Assembly (NCBI RefSeq): GCF_006345805.1
Contig: NC_042998.1
Coordinates: 140,182,001 to 140,246,000 of the forward strand
Length of the DNA: 64,000 nucleotides
Direction of reading: 5' to 3'
Source: Octopus sinensis
Taxonomy: Eukaryota
Shown piece by piece: positions 50,483 to 64,000 of this stretch (its first letter is position 1; every line of letters starts with the position of its first letter). The notes under the pieces are model-generated. The model did not search any database. It saw only the letters and a list, made by a program, of their open reading frames with translations, and was not told the DNA's origin. Both the position numbers and the translations under genes were made by a program.

Positions 50483-52109
50483 GGTAATACTGACGAGATT
50501 TGCTTCTCCCCATCCCGTATCTTCAATACCTTCGAATAATCAGATTACCAAAATGGTACAGACGTGGCATGCAAATATTTGGAGAAATCAGACGTAATTC
50601 AGAGTACCCACCAATAATTGGATAGCCAAAATGAACTGCAAGTTGCAATGACTTTTACTTCTAAAAGAGTCATAATGCCCCACCACCACCACCACCGCCA
50701 CTACTTTCAAACGGTTTTCAGATTGTCCTTCTGCTGCTTCTATGACCCTCTAGTCAGGCATTTACTATCTAGGCATTTGTCTCATCTAGCCATTTATAGC
50801 TAATACTCCATGAAAACACTTCATTAAATATACAATAGGTAATCAGTCAAGCTTATTCTCTGGAAGCAACCGAGAGAAATGAAATAGATTAACAGTCCTC
50901 ACTACTGCTCTATGATTGTCTGGAACAGTAGAAAAATAGGGTTCGGTGCAGCTCCCTTTACAATGAGCAAATAGCTACCTTCATGAATAAAACATTTCTA
51001 TAGACGAAGATGCTATTTCTGTACGGGGCCGTTTTGTGGCTGCTCTATTTCTGCACGGAACTTGCCACAACTGCATAAAAGCATGAGCGTTTTTCACGAA
51101 CATTCCAGACAAAAAGATTTATGTCAGAATATAATCCTTGCTACATCGACGGTTCATCAAGGAAATAGATTTGGAGAAAAAAACAAAATGCCAGCTATCA
51201 GCGTCTTTATGGCTAACCAACGTATGGGTGTATTGTCACCAGTTTCATAGGCGGAGATGATTGCAGGAACATCTTAGTCCTAAGATCTCGGCAATATCTT
51301 CGAATACACCTGGTGACTCAATCTAAACCGCATGCTTTGTTATCTTTCTGCATCGAGATGGTGAAGATGCCGACGACCGCTTTGTTCAAAGTCTCCCTTG
51401 ACCTCAAGTGGCCTGAACTCTTTACATGAACACCACCCTGGACTTAACTCCATGTCCCCCTACATGGCCTTGCTATTTGCTTTTGAGCCAAATTAACTAA
51501 ACTAAAACTAAACTAAACTAAACTTGTGTGTGTATGCGTTAGTTGTATGAAAAGATGTTTTAAAATGTTTATCGATAATTCTTGGACATAACTTTCTTAA
51601 ACGACAAGGTTTTGTTATAACTGAACTCGAAGAATAATTCAGAAAAATCATACAGTTGCTGAAATCTGTTCTTATGTTGATACACCTTTTCGTATTTTAG
51701 CAAATTATATTAGGATTTGAAACCGATTGGTTCTAAATCTTACCAATTGTCTCCGTTTCACGAAATATTTTTTAAGAACAGACTAAATTTGATATTAGAG
51801 TATTATTGAGAACTTCTTAATGATAGAATATTATTGAACCACCAGTCTCTGTATGGTAGGCGTGAGTTGTAGAATGCGAGAAATAGTGGCAAACGATGCC
51901 TGGTTACTGAGTATTCAGAAACGCTGATAATTCGCTACTGGTTTCTAGGTACGTCTTTAATTCTTCATATTGAAGATTTAGCTTGTCTTTTATTTCCACC
52001 AGTAATTTCTACAGCGAACTAGATCTGATGCAGAAATCCATCAAATCCTATTCCACACACACACACACACACACACACAAATGTGGTAAGAGAGAGACTT
52101 CGTTTTAAG

Positions 52110-52960
52110 CTGTTGCACGGCCTTGCTCTAGTTTGCAAGGTTACCATTTGGTGAAACTAATGTCATAATTGCTTTTTAAAGAGTGATGGACAATATAATT
52201 ACTGACAATAATATCAAAAGCGATCACGTCTATCTCGACGATGGTATTGCCATTGACAGAACTACCGAGGGACATGATAGAAATTTAACTCAATTTATTT
52301 CGGTTGCTCAGAATTTCAACTTTTTATTGAATAGTAGCAAATACCTGTTCTTCCAAAAATCTACTTCTTATGAAGGATACAAAATAGTAAAAAGAAAACC
52401 TCTGGAAAGAATGACACCTATCATTAATTACCCGTCATTAGGGCGGCGAGCTGGCAGAAACGTTAGCACGCCGGATGAAATGCTTAGCGGTATTTCGTCC
52501 GCCGCTTCGTTCTGAGTTCAAATTCCGCCGAGGTCGACTTTGCCTTTCATCCTTTCGGGGTCGATAAATTAAGTACCAGTTACGAACTGTGGTCGATATA
52601 ATTGACTTAATCCGTTTGTCTGTCCTTGTTTGTTCTCTCTGTGTTTATCCCCTTGTGGGTAGTAAAGAAATAGGTATTTCGTCTGCCGCTACGTTCTGAG
52701 TTCAAATTCCGCTGAGGTCGACTTTGCCTTTCATCCTTTCGGGGTCGATAAATTAAGTACCAGTTACACACTGGGGGTCGATGTAATCGACTTAATCCGT
52801 TTGTCTGTCCTTGTTTGTCCCCTTGTGGGTAGTAAAGAAATAGATTAATTACCCGTCATCTAGCAATACTGAAACAGCTACAATGGTTAATTCGAAACTA
52901 ATTCGGACCATACGCAATCCTATTTTTCAATTGCCCCCAAAATACATCTAGAAGCCATAT
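52110..52960 (+). pseudogene. Gypsy RT fragment split by a SINE dimer
   Basis: FARLPFGETN..F*RVMDNII..VYLDDGIAI..HDRNL..LNSSKYLF; continues after 52860. Confidence 0.75.
52439..52843 (+). mobile_element. Head-to-tail SINE type A dimer inside a single TSD
   Basis: 16-bp TSD ATTAATTACCCGTCAT (52423-52438, 52844-52859). The second unit starts near 52673 and lacks the head. Confidence 0.9.
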
Positions 52961-54059
52961 AATCCTGCTTCAAACTTCAATTGCTATTGCTTCTCTCTTG
53001 CTTTATCTTTCCTACCTGAAATACTTCCAATTTTACGTTAAAATTCATGATTCTGGAACTACATTTCGAGTATCCTTTCACGTTCTTCTCCAGAATTCTT
53101 TCTTACAGTGAACAAACTCAATAAAAAAAAAGTGACTATGGTTACCATAGAAAGTGTTAAGAAATAAGGAACGTTCATTTTACTTTGACGTTATTTTACC
53201 CAATCCACGCATCAACAAGCGATCTCAACCAAATTAGAGGAAAAACGATGATATGCTTCTTAGTTGGTCCATTGTATTAGCGTTCTATCCAGAGGTTCTG
53301 TATATTACGTGGGACCATGGTTCAACGATTTTTTAAAAAGGAAAACCAAATTTTAAAGGAAATTACAAGCTTTTCATCTCCACGGCATCGATTTTGTTTA
53401 AAGAGAAGGTAAGGCGTCGTCGCAGATCTTGCCTTCAGAATGCAAATATCCAGAACTGATTTCACAAGGCGTCCGCGGTCTGATATTCTAACAATTTCAC
53501 CAATTCCTTCATCCAGAGCTGGTTGTTTATCTGCATTGCTTTGGGTCTTCAACACTTTGATAGGGTCACAGGCCTGTTGAAGAATCCGATCCGAGTGAGC
53601 TCTGGGTTCGCCGAGGAACATTCCGTCGATGATTTTCTGCAGCGATATGCTGAGAGGTCGGGTTTTACTAATATATGAGCGTGAGCAGACTGATGCGCAT
53701 CCAGTTATAGAAGAAATTGTGGGTCTACCGATCGAATTTTCTCGTCGTTCAACAAAGATCCGATGAATACCATGAAATCTTTATCGTAACTTCCGGTCCA
53801 AATGCATTGTGGTATACTTTGGCAGCAACCATTTGCAATGAAAGTGATTACACTTTAAGTTCTGACTCGAGAGCTGAAGTTCAACGTTTAAGCTAAATAA
53901 AATGATTTTCTTCTTGGCATTGGTTCTCGGCGCAAAAAGTGACTTTGATAAAATATCGATTCAAGCAAAGACGAAATTCAGAATATATTTATAAAGACTA
54001 TGTTTTTCTCACTCTCTCCCTCCCCCTCACTCTACATTCACGCACGCACACACTCACGC

Positions 54060-54092
<33 letters not shown>

Positions 54093-55314
54093 TCACTTAC
54101 CACTAAGTAGTTAGTTTGCCTTTGACATGATGAAGTTGTTGATACAAAAAGTGCTTAACTTGCAGTGTCAAAAAATATTGGCCGAAATACAGTAAAATAT
54201 TTTGAAACAAAAGCAAATGCAGCCTTCTACTAGAACTATTGATCAAGTATATATGCGTGTGCTTGTGTGTGTGTATGTATGTATGCATGTATGTATGTAT
54301 GTCATTCGGTTTCTAACCTAGATTTATGGTTACTTCATTGGAATTTCAACATCAACAACAGGGTATTTTTGTATGTATGTACGTGCAGATTTGCATGTTT
54401 TATGCGTGTATTCTCATGCATATAGTTATATATCTGGACATGCTCATATATATTTAAATGTATGTATGTATGCATGCATGTATGTATGTATGTGTGTATG
54501 TATGTATGTATGTATGTATGTATGTATGAATGTATGTATGTATGTATGTATGTATGTATGTATGTATGCATGCATGTATGTATGTATGTATGTATGTGTG
54601 TATGTATGTATGTATGTATGTATGTGTATGTATGTATGTATGTATGTATGTATGTATGTATGTATTGAAGAATTGTCATTTCAAATGAGATAACATTACA
54701 GTTAACCAATGCTTAGAACTTTATGTTTATCTAAATTGCAATCCGGTATTAAATATAATTTATCCTATTTTTATTTGGTATTATATAAATTTGAATACTT
54801 TACATTTGTATACCTGAAAGCAAAAAAAAAAAAAAAGAAAAGAAAAGGAGATTTTGTTTGTCTTTTTAGTCATCCTGAAGTACACAATCTATACACGTGT
54901 TTCACTGATGAATACTACTAGTATGACGTACAGTAATGATCACGTAGAGGATTGCATAATCACATTAAAACGCCAGATCTTATAGCTGCTCTTATTTAGC
55001 ATTGTCAACCAACTGAAGCATGGTAAATAACAATAGATTGAATTACGATTTTCTTCTGAAGAACTGGTATTTCAATCTGGTTAGACAATCGTTTACGTAA
55101 TAATTGCCGTACATCATGCTAGTATTCACTGGTATAAATATATGTAATGTTTAAGTAATTTATGACGTTAAAATAAACAAACTAAATCTGTTATATTCTG
55201 CTCACGGATATACATATATATATACATATATACATGCATACATACATACATACATACATACATACATACATACATACATACATACATACATGCATACATA
55301 CATACATACATACA

Positions 55315-55377
<63 letters not shown>

Positions 55378-55757
55378 CTGTGTTTGTGTGCATATACATA
55401 TATACACACAAACACAGACACAGACATATATATTGTATCATGCGGATCTGCTAATTATGTTATGTAATAAATCATTAATAAATTATGTTAATGTAATAAA
55501 ACATTATTTATACGTATTTTACGAGCAAGCAAGCACCATAGAACATCAGTAATATCCAGTAAGATGAGCCCTGTTCGTGAACCGATTTAAATTCCCCAGT
55601 GTGACTATTTACTTCAACTGATATTAACTAATACTCTTGGGAAATACTTGAACATCGTAAATTTTCTTTTCATTTCTAAAAGTCTCAAGTTCTCATAATA
55701 GAGTAGAAAATGATATGGTCTGTTTTCTTATGTATTTATTGTGTTCCCTACTCCTTC

Positions 55758-55840
<83 letters not shown>

Positions 55841-56009
55841 CTTTACCCTTTTCTCTTTTCCCTTCCCTTCTCCCTTAGACCCTGTATCACCCTCACTGCT
55901 TCACCCTTTTCTCTCTCCCTGTCCCTCTCTCTTTCTAAATTAATCAGAAAATATCTCTTCAGTTGTACAAATTACAACGATTTTATCTTTTATCTTTTAT
56001 TTTTTATGT

Positions 56010-56330
56010 ACTTCAGCCACTGAACTGCGGCCATGCTGGAGCATTACTCTGAAGCGTTTGATCCTGTAAATTAATCACAGCGGGGTGTGCCAGGTTTGCG
56101 CTGCTCACCCATCGAAAATGGCACATTCATTATAAATATTAACCTTATTCAATAATTTATTCACAAATCTTAATGAAAAATTCTTATCATACCCCTGCTT
56201 GAAATCTGGTAGCGCTGGGTGTAAATACCAGTACTTTTTTTTACACTCTGGTACTCATCCTACCAGTGTCTTTTGTTGAACCGCTAAGTTACGGGGACGT
56301 AAACAAACCAACTCCAGTTGTCAAGCAGCT
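56010..56330 (-). mobile_element. SINE type B fragment with an unrelated insert
   Basis: CTGCGGCCATGCTGGAGCA ... GAACCGCTAAGTTACGGGGACGTAAACA..GTTGTCAAGC. Confidence 0.6.
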
Positions 56331-56619
56331 TTAATTTATTTTATTTCTCCCTCCTCCTTGACCTTCCTAACATCTCCTACTAGCGGCATTACCCTGTAAT
56401 CTTATATTCTAACCATGTTGTCTGCGATACGCCAACACACGAATATTTTAGTACAGCTAACCGTCACTCGCGATCGAGAAAGTGCCATGCTTTCACTTAT
56501 TGTTTTTTGGGCCTGTGTAGTCACAAGCAGACATAGACACCCTATTGGCCTTCGCACAATTGATCCAGTAGAACATATAAGACAATGATTCCCAGCCATT
56601 AAAAAAAAAATCTATGAAT

Positions 56620-56745
56620 CCTGAAGCAACGCGAAATAAAGTGTTTTGTTCAAGGGCTCAACGCAACGCCCGGTACAGGAATCGAACCCGCGACATTATA
56701 ATCAGTCACAATGAACACACTAAGCCATCTGCCTTCACGAACACT
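56620..56745 (-). mobile_element. tRNA-derived SINE type C (CORE-like)
   Basis: Minus strand TGGCTTAGTG A box and GGTTCGATTCC B box, followed by CCTTGAACAAAACACTTTATTTC. Confidence 0.6.
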
Positions 56746-58389
56746 AAATAGGTGTATGCAATGTCAGCAAGCAAAATATTTACATGTTACTATGGCAACA
56801 GGAGAAAAATGCAAATTTTCATCAATAGAAAACCGAAAAACCGCAGTTATAATTTATGATTGGAACTATGGAAAATCAGGGCACCGGAAAAAGGGTCACC
56901 AGAGATAGTGACCCTTTTCTCTTGGTGCCCTAAGCACGTGGTTCTATTGCTGAGTTCATCGATGCCTGTTAACAAAAGTTGTTACAAGGTAAATAACAAA
57001 TTGAGAGTTTCAGAGTTGAAAGTATTGTTTGTTTCTAAAATCTCGTAAGTGCAGGCGAATGTCCTGTGTGTGTCTGTAAGTGTGAATATGCTCGCGTATG
57101 TAAATCTGTGTATTTGTGTGTGTGTCTATAAGTGTGTAAGTCTATATGTATGTATGTGTGCGTGTTTGTATGTGTGTTGTGTGCGTGTCTATGTGTGGTG
57201 TATGAATTTGTGCGTGTATGTGTAGATGCATGTCTGTGCGTGTATGTATGTGCTTAAGAGTGTATATGTGGGTATGTGGTGTATGAGTGTGTGTGTGCGT
57301 GTATGTGTGTGGATGTGTGTGTGGATGTATGTGTGGGTGTCCGTGTATGAATGTGTGTGTATATGTGTATCTAGCATATATGTGTGTATGCGCGAATGTA
57401 CGTGTCTGTATGAATGTGTGTGTGTGTGTGTGTATGTGTGCGTGTGAATGTTTTTTTTTCCACCCTTTCATTTACCTTGAAAACGTCCTGAACAATGATT
57501 ATTGTTTAGGAAACAAAACCTGAAAAAAAAAGAAAAACAATCAAAAAATCAAAAAATAAAAGGAGTTCGCTTTGATGGGTGAAGAGGGGGAGGTTAAAGA
57601 AGAAATAGAATAAAAAGTATTGGGAAAACAAACAACCAAAAATAAAACAAACCCCAACAAATATACAAATTAAACGCACGGTAAAAACAGCCGACAAAGG
57701 AAGAAGTTTATTAACATGAAAATGATATTCAGTTAAGTTTGTTGTCATTCAAATATACACTCACTGGGATATATTGTATATTGTTATGGAAATAGGTAGA
57801 TGCAATAAAGTCTGGAAGAGAAGAGAATAATTGATTAATGAATAAGAGAATAAAAACTGAAGAGTAGGGGAGTTGGGGAATATAACCTTAATATACACCG
57901 ACGCACCTCTTACCTGCACTTCTAAATAGAAACGTATAACCTCCAGAAACTTTTTGGTGTGTGTGTGTGTTCAGATACATACATACAAGTATGCATGCAT
58001 ACATACATGGATACATACATACATACATACATACATACATACATACATACATACATACATACATACATACATACTTACTTACATACATACATGCATGTAT
58101 ACATGCATATATACAAATATACATACATATGTACGTATATCTATGTCTGCATACGGGGATGTCTCTGAATGTATGTATATGAGTGTGTATATATATATAC
58201 ATACATACATGCTCATATATGTACGTGCGCGGGCGTGTATACACTTACACTAGATATGAGGATCTTTATCTGTGTGTACGTATGTAAATGTATAATTGTA
58301 TATATGCGTAATACATATATTGCACATATATACTCCATAAATAATGCGGTTTTTTAAATGTTTTATTTTTCAAAATTAAGATAAACAAA

Positions 58390-59179
58390 GTTCCTTTTTA
58401 CTCTCCTTCATTTTCTACAATGGTCTTCCATCTATCTGGTAGACTTGCAAGGCCCCTCTTCCAAAATTCACTTGTCCATGACGAAAAATGCACCTCCAGT
58501 GCTGTTCTGACCTCGTCTACAGAATTCATATTTTTTCCGACCAAATGATTTTGAAGACTGCAAAATAAGTGATAATCAGATGGGGCAATGTCCGGCGAAT
58601 GTGATTGGTGGAGCATCGTTTCCCTTTCAAACCGCTCTAGCCTTTGGAACGCCATCCTCGCTGTATGTGGCCGAGCATTATCCTGATGGAAGAACACCTT
58701 TCGTCTTGAAAGCAAAGATGGTCGTTTTTCTTCTCGCGCTAACTTGAATGACTGGTTGAATGACCAAATCTAGGTTTCTCTGCTATTTCCTCATCAGTTT
58801 TGTTGATTTTGTTCCACCAGGGTTTGTAGGACGTCTTCGTCGAGCGAATTTCTGGAACGACAGTTGAGACTGGCTTACGCTTATTATCCGATCCCCATAT
58901 ACTGCATTAATATTCCTCGCACTTTTCGTTGTGTTGTTGCCTTTATTGAACTCATAAAGCAAAATATGCCGAATATGCTCTTTCGTCACTTCCATGATAG
59001 CTTTCACAAAATAACTGTTAAAATCGAACTTCACTCTTCAAAACTTGCACTAAGAATAAGGACAAGGTAAAATTATTACCTGCTTTTATAGAAAGCTGAT
59101 GCAGGTAGTTTGCCCTGTCCCCCTCCGACTTTTAGTTTACGCAATTTAAAACAACCGTATTACTTATGGGATGACCCAA
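58390..59179 (-). mobile_element. mariner relic, internally deleted
   Basis: TIR TA|TTGGGTCATCCCATAAGTA ending at TA 59180-59181. MEVTKEHIRHILLYEFNKG, FHQDNARPH and SPDIAPSDYHLF motifs. Confidence 0.88.
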
Positions 59180-59181
59180 TA

Positions 59182-62100
59182 TCTTATACGTGCATAAAAG
59201 TAAGTTGTTTGTTTCTTTGTCAGTTTGTATCAAGTTGCCGTCTACACCCGTTAACGAACTTTCGTGAAACTTTGCAAACATGCTAAAGTAACATCCAGTT
59301 TGTTACTAAGCTCATTGAAGTTTAATAAAAATCTATAATTGGATGGCTAGGGCTCCTGGAAGGGATCCACATATATAACTAATATATTTTATTTTAACAG
59401 CCAAGGGAAATAACCCATTCATTTTCCTGTATTATTTGGTATAAATCAAGTTGAATATGTTTATTTCTTAATATTTGAACTGCTATATTTTCACAATTTA
59501 TCCAATACAACCCTTAAACAAGTAAATAATATTTTCCTAAACAATAGATCCACTTATTTCGGTTTGTGACTTATTCACGAATATACCCTGAATGACGATG
59601 CCTTTAATGTCACTTCAGCCAATTGACAAGCGCCGCATGAAGTACTGTCAATGACAAATACACTGTCATCTCAAAGGCCACGCCCTGTTTACATGTAGGA
59701 ACACCTTAAAATATTTCTGTACTTCTTGAAAATGGCAAGCGTGTATATGTTACAGAAAACAATGCTCGAAACCAATTTCACAGCTTTCTTCAAATTATGC
59801 CAATGTGATCTGTTTGCCCGAACACTGTTGTATATTGGGGTCCCCATGTACGGTACCTGGGCACACAATAGATGGAACAGACGCAAGCAAGGAGCACGCG
59901 TTGAGGGCTGGGAATAAGATGCTGTCTTCAGAAGTGAGGCCATCGAGCGGGTGTACACTGTGCTCCCTAATCAGCAGGAGTGCTTCTTTCTGCATCTAGT
60001 GCTGTACACTATCAGAGGTCCTACACCAATCACATACTTTCGAAGACAATAGGGAAGTCTGCACGACATATAGAGAAGCCTGCGCCAAACATGGACTACT
60101 GGAGGACGATGCTCACTGGGACCAGACACTGGAAGAGGCAGCAGTCAGCACAGCACTAAGTCAGCTGCACCAGCTATTTTCTATGACGTTGATGACATGT
60201 GGCTTGCGCAAACCTCTCAAGCTTTGGGCGACCCACAATAACAGCATAGCAGATGACATCCTACAAAAGATTCAAAGGCAAACCTCAGCGGAAATTTCCA
60301 CCTTCAATAACACCATTTACAATGAGGCATTACTTGACCTGAACACCCGAGTGCAAGCTATGGGAGGTCAACGTAATTCCACATTTGGTCTGCCTCAACC
60401 GGAACAGTCAGCAAACAATCTCGCAGTTGAGTACCTGCGAGAAATCAGCTATGACATCGAGGAAATGACGACGTATATAGCTGATAAAGAACACAAACTG
60501 ATGGAGGACCAACTGGGTGTTTATAACACCATTATTTTGAGCATTGAAAATGAAAGAGGTCTTTAGGCCCCAGGTGGAACTGGCAAAACATTTTCATCAA
60601 CCTTCTTCTGGCTAAATTGCGCCAAATGAAACACATTGCCATAACAATGGAATAACTGCAACTCTCCTAAGTGGTGGCCGCACAGCTCATTCCTATTTCA
60701 AACTCCCTTTGGATGTGTTCAAGAAAGAGAAGGTAAACTGCAACGTCAGTCGTGGTTCTATAGAAGGCAAACCTCTGGGTAAATGTCGGTTGATCATCTG
60801 GGATGAAGCGACAATGAGCCATAAGGTTTCCTTTGAAGCTCTTCACATGGCCCTTCAGGATCTGAGACACATCACCAGGCTCATGAGAGGTGCCATAATC
60901 TTGCTTGCAGGAGACTTTAGATAAATCCTTCCCGCGGTTCCAAAGGAGACAAGGGCTGACGGGGTAAATGCCAGCATAAAGTCGTCCTACGTATGGAGCA
61001 GTGTGCAAAAGCTAAGACTCACAAGCTACATGAGAGTGCAGCTCATTGGTGATGATGCAGACAGAACCTTTTCAAAGCAACTGTTGGACGTCGTTCGGTT
61101 GGCGAGAAGGATGGCCGAGTAAGCTTGCCTTTTGGACATATGGTATCTGATTTAAAGGAACAAATAACTAAGGTGTTTCCTAACCTGAGGAATCAGTGTA
61201 AATATTACAACTGGCTGAAAACCCGTGCCATTTTAGCTCCAAAGAATGTGACAGTTGATGATTTGAACTTTAAACTTCTGGAACAGTCGCCAGGTAAGCG
61301 TCACATCTACAATTCCATTGACCGTGTACTCAACATCGATGAAGCTGTGAATTATCCAGTTGAATTCTTGAATAGTCTAACACAACCTCGCCTCCCACCT
61401 CACACCTCAGAATTAGGGCACCAGTTATGCTGCTTCGAAATCTCGATCCACCAAGCTATGCAATGGCACACTACTAATAATAAAGAAGCTAATGCCAGCA
61501 GTCTTGGAGACAGCAATCTTGACTGGTAAAGCAAGCGGTGAGCCTGTATTCATTCCTAGAATTCCACTCATTCTTTCGGATATGCCTTTCCAGTACAAGC
61601 GCCTGCAATTCCCGTTGAAACTGAGCTTTGCAATGAGCATTAACAAGGTCCAGGGGCAGTCTTTGAACGTGGTAGGTCTGAACCAGTTTTCTCTCATGGC
61701 CAGCTTTATGTGGGATACTCAAGAGTCGGCAATCATAATAATTTGTTTATTTATGCCCCACAAGGAAAGACCAAAAATGCTGTTTATCAAGAACTTCTGC
61801 AAACTTAATAAAATTCATCAAATCATCAGGTATTTATTATTTAACTGTAATATAAGTGTTGTAAATGTATTAATAATCTACACATTATTTTATTTTAAAA
61901 TCTATATGCAAATTTATTTGTATGTCTACTGTAAAACTAAATGTCAGTCTGTTTCTGCATTCATTGTAAATCTATTTCAACAGTAGCTCCCCTAAGGGTT
62001 ATATTATCTGGGAACGGACAAAAGCCCTTTTCAGAGTTATTTATCTGATATCCGATTAGCCTGTTATTACATATCATGATTCACGATTTTGGTATATATA

Positions 62101-62427
62101 CCTTATTGGTATTTCCTCCTAAGTTCTATATACTCTGGGAAGGCATTAAAGCCCTTTTCGAGGCTACTTTATTTGAATTCTTACTATTGGGTAACTAATT
62201 TCATGCTATTATGTAACTGACTTCACGATTTGGGTATTCATAACTTATTGAGAATTCCTAAAAACAAGATCCTGTATAAGATAGTTCGGTATTCTCTGTA
62301 AATGCACAAAAGTCGTTTTAAGAGTTACATACTTTTTATTGCTGTTATTGGATTAGCGAAACAATTATGAGAACAGAATCAAGGGATAAGCTCTGTTTTT
62401 CCGGGAATTACCAGATACGTCAGCTAG
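59182..62427 (+). mobile_element. Helitron, internally deleted, both termini present
   Basis: A|TC start (59182); CTAG|T end (62424-62427) after a degenerate hairpin CCGGGAATTACCAG; RepHel remnants inside. Confidence 0.8.
59650..61800 (+). pseudogene. Helitron RepHel linker and PIF1-type helicase (frameshifted)
   Basis: AFFKLC..ARTLLY, RVYTVLP..ECFFL, (A)PGGTGKT, GGRTAHSYFKLPL, IIWDEATM, LLAGDFR, RAILAPKN, YPVEFLNSL, VFIPRIPL, QFPLKLSFAMSINKVQGQSL. Confidence 0.9.
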
Positions 62428-62826
62428 TATATATATAAATTGATGATAAGCAGCTTTCTTTATTACAGTACAGCTGTGACTAATTCAGAGAAACATTACT
62501 TTCATTATTGAAACATCATCACTCTCGTAAGGCAACACTTTATAATTTTGGCTCAAGTTGAAAGTGTGAATCCATTTTCACTTACTAATGAGACCTGGTC
62601 ATTGTAGAGCAGTGTCTTTCAAATAACTATAACTTGTTTCTTGAGATAACGTAGAAAATATGTAAATGAAAATAAAGTTTATTTGGAAGCCGAAAGATTA
62701 CTGAATCTTTTGAAACCCCATACCTCAAACTCGGCAACTCAGTTTTCGAATGCATATGCGATGGATACATGTTTCAAGTTAAGCTAGTACGGGCCTGTTT
62801 GTTGTTTTGTTGATTAAAAATTAGGA

Positions 62827-63467
62827 GGATCTTTACCTTTTGACTTACAAATTAAAAAAAATAATTTTTTGTAACTAAACACTTTCAAACTTCGGACACT
62901 GGTAGAATGTGTCATATAAAACATATTTTACTCTTAGCATCTTTGAGAAAAACTTATTTACGAAGTTATTTCACGTTAAAGTTCTCGTATTTCGGTAATT
63001 TCAACCAATCAATGACGTGTATTCAGCTGAATAAAATTATTGCTGTTGTTTGTTAACATCAACTATCGGCGGTGTATATTTTGTTTGTCACTGTTATTTA
63101 TGACATCGTTTGTGCGTTTGTGCTGGATTTAAGGTTTTAGGGTTAAGGTTAGGGTTTTAGGGTTAGGGTTAGGGTTAGGGTTAGGATTTTAGGGTTAGGG
63201 TTATCATAAATAACAGTGACAAATGAAAAATACACCACCGGAAGTTCTTGTTGACAAACAATAGCAGTAATTTTCTTCAGCTGAATACACGTCATTGATT
63301 GGTTGAAATTAACGAAATAGGATAACTTTAACGTGAAATAACTTGGTAAATATAAGTTTTTCTCAAAAAGATTTGTTATACGACACATTCTACCAGTGTC
63401 CGAAGTTTGAAAGTGTTTAGTTACACAAAATTAATTTTTAAATCTGTAGATCAAAAGGTTAAGATCC
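62827..63467. mobile_element. Long-TIR MITE with central (TTAGGG)n, second copy of the 1016-1652 family
   Basis: GGATCTTTACC...GGTTAAGATCC ends. TSD AATTAGGA (62819-62826) / AATTAGGG (63468-63475). TTAGGG array at about 63129-63203. Confidence 0.88.
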
Positions 63468-63524
63468 AATTAGGGCTTCTAAAGTCAAATAGTTTGGTCT
63501 TTATATATTATATATAGTTGAAGT

Positions 63525-63643
63525 TTCGGGGTCGATAAATTAAGTACCAGTTACGCACTGGGGTCGATGTAATCGACTAAATCCCTTTGTCTGTCCTTGT
63601 TTGTCCCCTCTGTGTTTAGCCCCTTGTGGGTAGTAAAGAAATA
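63525..63643 (+). mobile_element. SINE type A, 5'-truncated
   Basis: TTTCGGGGTCGATAAATTAAGTACCAGTTACGCACTGGGG..GTAGTAAAGAAATA, flanked by TATATTATATATAGTTG-like duplications. Confidence 0.8.
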
Positions 63644-64000
63644 TATATATTATATATAGTTGTAATGGCCATTCTGCGAAGTTATAACTATTTGTTCTGT
63701 GTAGGTGTAAGGATATAAATAAAAAAATACCCTCAAATAAGACGAGTAAGATTATGAGGCAAAGAGGAGACAAATAAACAAATAATACACAATAAGACAA
63801 GTGAGAGAACAAATTTCAAAAAAGCGGAAAAAACAGTACTGAAAGAAGTGTACAATGAAGATAAATACGCCAAGAGAAGTAAAAATATTAAGAGAGGTAA
63901 GAGAACTACACTGCTCGACTTCAATATACCTCTTCGGGTGTCGAGAAAAGAGCAGGATGGCGGGATCTATTAATAATTGACCAGATGGTCTTAAAGAATT

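Noticed and set aside
53322-53850. 99-aa ORF or possible LTR gag relic
   Set aside because: Only vague similarity (W..L...F pattern) with stops; not supportable without a profile search.
54905-54940. CTGATGA ATAC-TACTA-GTAT GACG as a hammerhead
   Set aside because: GAAA is absent and no stem I matches the required register.
63129-63203. (TTAGGG)n as a chromosome end or fusion scar
   Set aside because: The arrays are short and lie inside TIR elements with TSDs.

Overview
Animal genomic DNA that is AT-rich and dense in microsatellites. The SINE types and (TA)/(TACA)/(ATT) arrays suggest an octopus (inference from repeat content only). I could not support any host exon, so the window reads as intronic or intergenic. 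It is almost entirely mobile-element landscape: one nearly intact R4/Dong-type RT+RLE retrotransposon (1181-aa ORF) anchored in (TAA)n with related fragments, a decayed Gypsy LTR element, an internally deleted Helitron with both termini, mariner/Tc1/Tigger relics, hAT-like and Merlin-like MITEs, three tRNA-derived SINE types and several Penelope-like (PLE) relics. Four observations stand out. (1) A 399-bp near-perfect palindrome encodes a canonical type I hammerhead ribozyme on each strand, and the same back-to-back hammerhead layout recurs at 119 bp and 2.5 kb scales. (2) A Neptune-like PLE carries an upstream Ulp1/C48 (SUMO-protease-like) domain. (3) A MITE family with 8-bp TSDs carries (TTAGGG)n in its centre. 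(4) A 555-bp non-coding element is always anchored in (ATT)n and may be a non-autonomous partner of R4/Dong elements. All family assignments come from motif recognition by eye, without database searches.
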